DNA of 64,000 bases, taken from NCBI GenBank assembly GCA_964016885.1, contig OZ024741.1, forward strand, positions 321,346,001-321,410,000, written 5' to 3'. Shown piece after piece: positions 54,974 through 64,000 of the stretch (position 1 is the stretch's first letter; each line of letters opens with the position of its first letter). The position numbers and the translations under genes are program-made. This DNA comes from Eledone cirrhosa (Eukaryota). The notes under the pieces are model-generated. The model saw only the letters and a list, made by a program, of their open reading frames with translations. It made no database searches and was not told the origin of the DNA.

Positions 54974-57900
54974 GGGTGTGTATGATTGTGTATAGAAGAT
55001 TATATTAATAAAAGGAATTCCAACTTTGTCTGATTTATTCGTTTTATTTACAATCCTTTAAAATTTATAATGGTATTAGAATGAAATAGTATGGTAGAAT
55101 ATTAAATGTTAAGTGTTAATTGAACAAGTACTTTCATGCTTTCGCAATCTTCAGGTTCATATTCTGTGGTGACAGTCAAGTTTGCAATTTCAACTGTAAT
55201 GAGATGGGTAAATGTTGTGCCTTATATACAATGAAAAGCGGCTACAGAATGCTAGATCCTGCAAACTGCATTTCGACCAATCGAGGTGTAGTTTCACTGG
55301 ATTACTAAAGCTGATTGGTTTAGGCGTCACGGTTGGTTGAGCATGTCTAACGACTACTATTTGACCCTATCCAAGGCACCAATTGTTTTGCTATTTTTAG
55401 AAATGATGAAAATAGCATTTTCTAGTAATCATCACTATCAACATCACTTTTATTATTATTATTGTTGTTGTTGTTGTTAGTGGTAGTAGTCGACATGGTC
55501 GTAGTCATAGTCATAGTAGGAGTAATTTCCCATTATTATTGTTCATTTAGCTTGGGTTGGAATTTATCAATAAAATTCTTTTCATTGATTTTTCTCTTGG
55601 GCTGTGTAATTTGTAGAATGGAAATATTATAAATATTCTCTGACCACATGTTGCTAGATGGTTACTCAGGGGTATCTGACGGACATTTGGGTCTCTGATT
55701 TGCTGTCGGTGTACCCGTGCACGTTCCGATAGTGCATTTCCAGTTTGACCGACATATAGTTCTTCACAATTCGGGCATTTAATGAGGTAAATTAGATTTC
55801 TGCTTTTCCAGTTCATATTTGCATTTGGGAATATTTTTCCAGTTTTTGTGTTCATATACACCGTTGTGTATGGATTGATATGTGCCACATCGACTATCAT
55901 TGCATTTAGATACAGTGAATGGTTGGTCTTTGTTGTTAAGGTCAAACTTTGCTTTTGTTAGTAATTGCTTCAAATTTTTCGGCTGTCTTTTACTAAGAGT
56001 CAAAGATCGATCTGTGATTAAGCCTTTTAATTCATTACTTTAAGCAATGATCGGTAGGTTTGCTTTGGCTGTGTTGAAGATATTCTGGTGACATGGGTTG
56101 TGTGTCATTATAAATGGTATGACCAGTTCTTGGTTTCTTCTTCCTTAGGTTGTCCTAAGTTGTTGTATAGGTATGTTTATAGCCCGCTGTATGCCATTTT
56201 CTATAAGTAGATATGGGTATTTTTATTTGAGCAAAAATTCTCTCAGTTCTGTTAGGCGTTTTTTCCTGGTATTCATATCTTCTACAATGGTACAAATGCT
56301 TCTGGCTAGGCAGTATGGGATGTTGCGTTTTGTATGAGGTGGATGGCACGACTTAAAATCCAGATATTGATGGGTGTCTGTGTGTTTATAATATATATCC
56401 GTGGTAATGATGGTGTCGTTTTTGATTACCATTATATCTAGGAATGGTAATTTGGTACTACTCATCTCTTTTGTAAATTAGAGAGATGGGTGTAGGTTAT
56501 TCAGGAGTATATTGAACTCATCCAGAGTCTCTAGAGATTCTGTCCAGATGATGAAACAGTCGTCAAGGTATATCTTCCAAGATTTTTCAATGTACTTCCT
56601 CTGTACTTTTTCCACCCAGTATTTAACCGCCTTTATTCCTAAATCATGTGTAATGTTGGTGTAAAGGCTTGCCACATCAAAACTAAGTAGAAGTGAATTC
56701 GTTTCCGTGGTTTTGGGAAGATGGGACAGGAAGTCGATATCATCCCGGATGAAACTGGGTATGTGAAGGCATAGTGGTTTCAAAATAATGTCAACAAAAT
56801 TGCTTAGACGGTGGTTAGGGCATGTGGACCAGCTATAATAGGTCTAAGTTTTAAGTCTTTCGTGTGTAGTAATTTAATGTACTCACTCTTTTGTTCTTTT
56901 ACTGCCAGTTGGATTTCTTTTGACTTATGAACTTTCGGTAGGCCATACAGGTTGCTGGGTTTTGGTTCAAAATTGATGATGTAGTCTCTTTCCTTATCAG
57001 TAAGTGAGTTGTGGTATTTTGAAGCCAGGTTGTTGATCTTCTTCATGATGTTGTGGTCTATATTTGACGGTATTTCATGATAGAATGTTGCGTCTTTCAG
57101 TTGTTCCTCAACCAAATCTTTGTAGTATTCAGCAACCATTATAACAACTGCACCTCCTTTATCTGCTTGTTTAATTATTATTGTTTTATCATTTTGAATA
57201 CGTTTAAGTGCAGACATTTCTGATTTGTTAATGTTTGGCCTAACATTGGTATTACGTCTAAGAGGAAATTTAGACAGGATGTCAATGTATTGGTCAAGAT
57301 AGATATTTCTTCCTTTTGGCGGAGTGAAATTTGATTTATTCTTTACTAGTGATTCATCACTCTCCTTACTTTTATCAGCGAAGAATTCTACAAGTCGTAA
57401 TTTACGACAGAATTCTTGGGTATCCTCCTTAAGTTCTTGGTGGTTGACTGGTTCTCCTGCAATTTCTATAATTAGGTATTTACGAGGGATTATGCGTGCC
57501 GTTAGAGAGAGCCATTTCGAATGTGTTTCGACATATTTTTCGCATTTGTATGCTTTCCAGAAGTTTGGTTTTCTTATGTTAAGAAATTTTTTCCATGTCT
57601 TCCACATTTCTTTTCTTATTCGATGTGTTTTTTTTTTCCAAATTTCTTTCGTTTAGTTCTGACATCCAAGGAGGTTGTGGTAGGCTTTCTCTTGTTTCTT
57701 TGATAACTGTTGGTATAATTTCAGCTAAATTCTTAATTTCAGAGTTTATATGTTCAGTTATAAGTTTTCCGTCTGTAGATTGTTTTTCTATTTCCTTTAA
57801 AATAGAGGATTGTGTGTCAATCATCGTGATAAGTGTTGATAATTTTGATGATATCTCCTTTAGAATTCTTTCTGATTCTGTTGATTTCATGTGTTGCTTT

Positions 57901-58316
57901 CCAGACATGTTGGCATATACACAATAGGAATATAGATATATAGATATATAAATAAATATACACGGGTGTGTATGATCGTGTATAGAAGATTATATTAATA
58001 AAAGGAATTCCAACTTTGTCTGATTTACTCGTTTTATTTACAATCATTTAAAATTTATAATGGTATTAGTATGAAATAGTATGGTAGAATATTAAATATT
58101 AAGTGTTAATTGAACAAGTACGTTCATGCTTTCGCAATCTGCAGGTTTATATTCTGTGGTGACAGTCAAGTTTGCAATTTTCAACTGTAATGAGATGGGT
58201 AAATTTTTTGCCTTATATACAGTGAAAAGCGGCTACAGAATGCTACATTCTGCAAACTGTATTTCGACCAATCGGTGTGTAGTTTCACTGGATTACCCCA
58301 TTATTATTGTTCATTT
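54971..58316 (-). mobile_element. Neptune-like Penelope element with direct pLTRs, disrupted
   Basis: IIKQADKGGAVV, LYGLPKVHK, LRPII, FDVASLYTNI, YLDD, PFLD, LIYLIKCPNC..YVGQT. Direct repeats lie at 54971-55305 and 57961-58296. Confidence 0.92.
55121..55159 (-). ncRNA. Minimal type I hammerhead in 3' pLTR, intact
   Basis: tgaac-CTGAAGA-t-tgc(gaaa)gca-t-GAAA-gtac-TT-gttca. Confidence 0.85.
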
Positions 58317-58554
58317 GTTTTGGCCTGGGAAACACTGTTGTAACGGGAGAAATGATAAGAAGGAACGAAGTGGTTAGGAGATAAGGCCCGAAATCGGTCG
58401 ACAGACAGTTGTTAACAACAGTTGTTAACTGACATTAATACCTGTTTGCCTGAATAGTAGCTAATATAATTAAGGCTATAAAGAGACCTTTCAAAACTCT
58501 ATTAAAAGGTTCATAGGGCGAGACAGTGACTTTAAATAGTCTGGTTTAAATTTA

Positions 58555-58755
58555 TATGAATCAAATATTTAACAGCCACGCTAAACCATCACCAGTTATT
58601 GTAAATGGAAAGACCATTGGGGAAGTAGACAGTTATGTGTACCACAAAAGATTGCAAGGGATGGTACCCTACTTCCGGAGGTCAGAAGAAGGACTGTCCT
58701 TGGCTGGGCGGCATTTAGAAAAGTTTATAACATCATTAGAAGTCCCAAGTCTACA
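58555..58755 (+). mobile_element. RTE fragment (duplicate at 47415-47549)
   Basis: IVNGKTIGEVDSYVY...LPEVRRR..LGWAAF. Confidence 0.7.
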
Positions 58756-59199
58756 TGTTAAACAAGGACGACTTTGTAGTTCTTGTTGTTTTCACCACCA
58801 CCACCACCACCAATTCTTCTTCTTCTTCTTCTTCTTCTTCTTCTTCTTCTTCTTCTTCTTCTTCTTCTTCTTCTTCATTATCTTTTTCTTCTTTATTTCC
58901 TTTTACTCCTCATGGAGCATTGAGAGATGAGGGATCGCCATTCCGCATGGTTGCAAGCTTTATTGCAGGCCTCCTCCTAGGCCATGTATCTGTTCGTAGT
59001 TTCTGTAGTAATGTTATTTAATGGAAGTTGCTAGCCTCATATTCCATCCCTCCTCTTTTCTCAATACCGGCCAAAAACTAAGCTAGCGTTTCAAAGTCAT
59101 GAAGAGGTGAGGATTCCATAATCCTGGGTAGGATTATTTCAAAGCATTGAAATATTTAAAGAAACGTTATTCCAAAGCTAAACAAAGACAATATGTCGT

Positions 59200-59390
59200 A
59201 AATGATAGGCGGAGGCATTCCTGTGTGATTTTAAAAATTCGCCTCACCACTATGCAGTTTCGTGTTCAATCCCACTGCTCGGTATCATAGACAAATGTTT
59301 TGTTTATTTTTCTCATAACCTCGTATTGACCAATACCTTGTGAGTGGAATTTGGTATACGAAAACTCTGCGGAAAGATTGTAGTCCGAAG
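59200..59390 (+). mobile_element. Old tRNA-derived SINE of a second family
   Basis: B-box-like gttcaatccc and tail ccttgtgagtggaatttggta. Confidence 0.5.
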
Positions 59391-60029
59391 AGAAACAAAT
59401 TCCCCGAGGTACAATAAGTTAAATTTATGGCCAATACAGAGGCAAGCTTTGTGTATATATATATATACATATGTATGTATGTGAATGAATGTGTGACTAT
59501 ATATATATATATCCTAAACAATATATATATATATAGATAGATCCTCAACAATAAAACTAGCAAAGTTTTTCATAAATGACTACCTATTGTTGACTGGGAC
59601 AACATAATAAAGACAGGAGCTTTTGTTGTCCACTTCATATCAATAAGACAAAAAAAAAGGAGAAAAAATATCTATCTTTATAAATCCAGTACCCAAAATA
59701 CTCACAGTATAGATAGATAAACTTGGACTCTTTGATAAATGTAACTCAGTAGTATATATGCTACAGATGGTTCTCATATAAGAGACCTTAAGATTTAAAA
59801 GATGAGTGTGTACAAAAGAAAACCTTCGAAAGGTAAAGAACAATCTTATTTTTTTTTTTTATTATTATTATTTTCTTGTTCACAGAGCAGGTGAATTGTT
59901 GAAATAAGCAACAACAGTTTAACCACGTATACAGACACACACGCACGCACACGCACGCACACATATATACATACAGAGACATGCATACACGGATGTGTGC
60001 GTATACATGTACCTAAGCCCGTGAACATG

Positions 60030-60085
<56 letters not shown>

Positions 60086-60099
60086 CATACATCCATACA

Positions 60100-61270
60100 T
60101 GATGGCTGCCCCCTCGTTATCGAGTATGGCCATTACATGATATACCATTATTAATAATTATTAATTAATTCTATCGTGCAATGCCTGTGCGTGAAGATGT
60201 TTTTTAAAAAGAGGAAAGACTGTGCACTGAGCCAATCCCACTCTCTGAGCGACAGTAGCTATAATCCGAAAACAAGAAAAGATCAACATCATCGGTAACT
60301 ACTGAGCCGCAGGTTTTATATCGGAGTTATCCCAGTTTCCTGAGTTGCGTTCTCCTAGAAGAATACTCCGACAAAGTCTAGGGGTCCTTCACTCCCAGTG
60401 GTTTAACCGCGCGATCGGGTGTCCAGCCCGACTATTTCTATGTCCCCGCGCATATACACACACATGCACCCATGTATATACACATATACATATACACGCA
60501 TGTGTACATGTGTATATACATATTTACACACTTTTGGATGGCCGTTGACTCTTATGAGTTCTTCCGCCCTTTGTCAGGTTTTGTTTTTTGTCCTGCAGGG
60601 TGTCCAAAATCACCCTCCTCACCAAGTAAACTTGGTGAGGTTGCCGGTTTAGTCGCCGACGACCCGGCCATGCGACAGGTTGTACTAGGTTACATATTAC
60701 CAGTAGCACTCAAGAGTGACACGACATACATACATTGTGGCTGCCAACTCGTTTTCGAGTACGGCCACTACTTTATATACATGGAGGAGAAGCCCTACCG
60801 ATGCGCTGAACGAGTGTTACTTTTTAGTCCAGCCAGTCACTTGAAAACTCTGGTACAAACACTACACTTGTGACAATTATTGACACAGTGCTGGGCCCAT
60901 GGTACCATGTGACGACAAGTGCAGAGAGATCTCCAGATATAAAGCAATGCCTGTGCCGTAAAGCTTTTATAGTGAGCAAGGGCACTGCACAAAGCCAGTC
61001 CCACTCTCTTAACCAAGATGATATTTACCAAAAAGAAGAACAAGTCAACATCATTGGATACCATCAGGGTTGCAGGCGTTATATCAGAGTTTTCCTTCTC
61101 CTAGAATTCTGCCTTGACAAAGGCTCAGGGGTCATCTCTCCCGGTGATTTGGGATGGCCATTGATTTTTAAGAGCTCCTTTGCCCTTTGACAGGTTTTGT
61201 TTTTAGTCCTGCAGGATGTCCAAAGTCACCCTCCTCACCAAGAAACCTTGGTGGGGTTGCCAGTTTAGTC
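60100..61270 (-). mobile_element. Two copies of the (TGTA)n-associated SINE-like family
   Basis: 60100-60723 and 60735-61270 match 18576-19969. Confidence 0.8.
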
Positions 61271-61450
61271 AACAATCAGGCACGATCTTTTTTCCTTGTC
61301 AAAAACGACCAGGTCAGGTCTATTGTGTTCTAATTTCTCGTCTGTCTCCTGAAATCCCATAGCAGCTTCACTCGATCGTTTTCTATCACCTCCAGTATCT
61401 TTATGTTTAATCACATTACTTCTATTAACAATATATTCCATATATGGAGG
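61265..61450 (-). mobile_element. R4/Dong-like RLE fragment
   Basis: TDEKLEHNRPDLVVFDKEKRSCLIVD. Confidence 0.7.
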
Positions 61451-61734
61451 CAAGAAAATTTCCTAAAAAGAAAATTAGTCTCCTGATTTTTTTCATAGCA
61501 AGAATCTGTTCTTCTCGCTTCACTTAATGACGTAATTCTCCTTCTATACATTTTGCCATATCTCCAGAGAACGTCATCACGCGTTACCGTGATTTCTTTC
61601 TGGTCTTAAAGGCAATATTTGGTAGTCATTTTTTTTTTATATTTATATATTGATATTTCTCAGTTTCAGGAGATCCCGCTTTAGGGTGAAAACAGAAATT
61701 GTTTGCTTAAACTTTTAATCTGTGCTAAATGTAT

Positions 61735-61943
<209 letters not shown>

Positions 61944-62168
61944 TGTATGTATGTATGTATGTATATACAGGGAGATACGAGATATTAAAACACTATGAAT
62001 AGATTACAAGGTTTCCAATAGAAGGGAATATTAATGTATTACCTGACATGATTTCAATTTGACATCTAGGCAGGATAATGGCAAAGTTTTTATCCCAAGT
62101 GACCCATCTCCCCATATGTTTAGGAGAAGAGTAAGATATTTGCGTACATATATATGTATGCATATATG

Positions 62169-62268
<100 letters not shown>

Positions 62269-62523
62269 CATATGTGTATATATATATATATATATGAGAT
62301 CAATAGAAGTGTGTATAACGCTCATTCATTACAAAGTATGTTGAAGCTGTGTATTAATCACGTCTGGGAAAACAGGGCATAATAATTCAATTCAGGTGAA
62401 TAACCAAATCGTTTTAGAGTATATATACATATATATCCATTCATATATATATGTGTGTGTGTGTATGTATGTATGTGTCTGTGTATATATATATATATAT
62501 ATGAATGGATGTGTCTGTGTATA

Positions 62524-62584
<61 letters not shown>

Positions 62585-62691
62585 TGTATGTGTGTGTGTG
62601 TGTGCAAAAAAATGAACGGAAACAACAAGTGAAACAGCATAGTACAATGAAGAAATATATTACTTTAACGCTTTGTATAGTAGGAAAAGAG

Positions 62692-62727
62692 TCTTTACGT
62701 TTCGGATACTAGTCCTTCATCAGAAGA
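62692..62727 (-). ncRNA. Minimal type I hammerhead
   Basis: tctt-CTGATGA-a-gga(ctagta)tcc-GAAA-cg-TA-aaga. Confidence 0.75.
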
Positions 62728-63159
62728 TTGAATGAGAAATAAAAAAGTGAAATAGGAAGATAGAGGGTATGAAGAGGAAGAAACTGGGAAATATTTGTTG
62801 AGAAAAAGTGTATTCAGTCTGGGATAAATGCGTAGATATATATATGGAGAGAATTAAGTATTTAATACTGTACAGATTATACATGGTTTTAATTTATCTG
62901 GCAGCCACATCTCGACAGAAGCCATATTAAATGCGATCGTAGCCATATGAAGTTAGTCCTATTAGCACCAGTGCAATAAGAGGGGCTTATATATATATAT
63001 ATTTTTTTTTTTTTTTTAGTATATGTTGGTTGTATACCAACACCTCATTATGCAGATGGAGCACTCGACGAAGTGCGCAGGTTGGTTTGGTTACTCCGGA
63101 GTAATGTAAAATAAACTAAAATAAATAAGTCAAATATTTAAAATTTGGCTTCGTTTATT

Positions 63160-63214
63160 ACTGCTATATATATTTCGGTGACAGCCATATTTGGCTGTGA
63201 CCTCTTCAGGCAGT
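63160..63214 (-). ncRNA. Type I hammerhead, intact, followed by AATAAA
   Basis: actgc-CTGAAGA-ggtcacagcca(aata)tggctgtcacc-GAAA-tatata-TA-gcagt. Confidence 0.88.
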
Positions 63215-63922
63215 CCGAATTAGTGTGGTAGAGACGAGTACACATGTTGTTGAGGTGTTTAACTTTGTCAATACTCTGATATGCTCAGTTCCTGGTTGGG
63301 TTGTTATTTCACTGAGGAACTGGAATCATATTGATTTCCTCTGTATGACTGCAATAAGTTATCAATGGGCCGTTCTATAGGAGGCAAGGTCGAAATGATT
63401 GCGATGACTTCTATTGTATCCAGCTAAATTTCCCAATATAATTCACTCCCGATACCAAGATTTGATCGTTTGTATTACTTTGATTGGCCCAGTGAGCTCC
63501 TGCTATTTTTAGCATTCCTCTTGCTAATCTTCCTCTCTGATACTGTTGAACACACACGCATACCTTCGCTTCTGTATAAACATGACGAGAAATGGACCCA
63601 GTCTTAATTTGCTAATAATCAATTTCTACTCGTAATTGTCAATTTTTTTTCAAGGGTCAAAACCAATTGGTTCAGGCTGGTGTGTAAGTTTTTCAACTCT
63701 TTCATAGTTAGATCCCTAGAGTTCTTAGATTTCTTTGATTATTATCGGCCTAATTTATTATATTCCGGTATCGCTTTCCTATGAGCGTATCGTATCGATT
63801 TGCTCCGTAACACGTGTTATCATTGAACAGTTCTATAGGAGGCAAGATCGAAATGATTGTGATGTCTTTAGCATTAAACCAATCAAAATTTTCCATTGTA
63901 AACACACACACATATATATATA

Positions 63923-64000
63923 TAATTGTTTCTACTTTTGGCACCAGGCCAGCAATTATCCCAGTACATTACTGGTACTTTATTTTATCGACCCCGTAAG
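63923..64000 (-). mobile_element. Meta-core SINE 3' part (runs off window)
   Basis: Matches 4525-4600. Confidence 0.85.

Overview
Eukaryotic, repeat-saturated non-coding DNA with no recognisable host gene. The (TA)n/(CA)n/(TGTA)n microsatellite load and the tRNA-head/Meta-domain SINE point to an octopod cephalopod (inference). The window is a nested set of decayed retroelements: a near full-length L1/Tx1-type element (48.3-53.6 kb), five Penelope-like element (PLE) coding relics, and CRE, R4/Dong, RTE, CR1 and Vingi fragments. It also holds SINEs, a non-autonomous Helitron, MITEs, a hAT relic and a 4.4-kb compound minisatellite. Three observations stand out. (1) Type I hammerhead ribozymes (HHRs) are dense, with 8 having intact cores plus many decayed, carried by non-coding PLE-like modules inserted in (TA)n as fold-back hairpins whose apex repeatedly falls in ribozyme stem II. 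(2) A 499-bp tandem unit carries one intact HHR per monomer and is retrozyme-like. (3) A 34-nt GT-AG mini-intron candidate would, if removed, fuse Tx1 ORF1 and ORF2 in frame. Everything was read by eye, so boundaries of decayed elements are approximate and clade names come from motif recall, not database searches.
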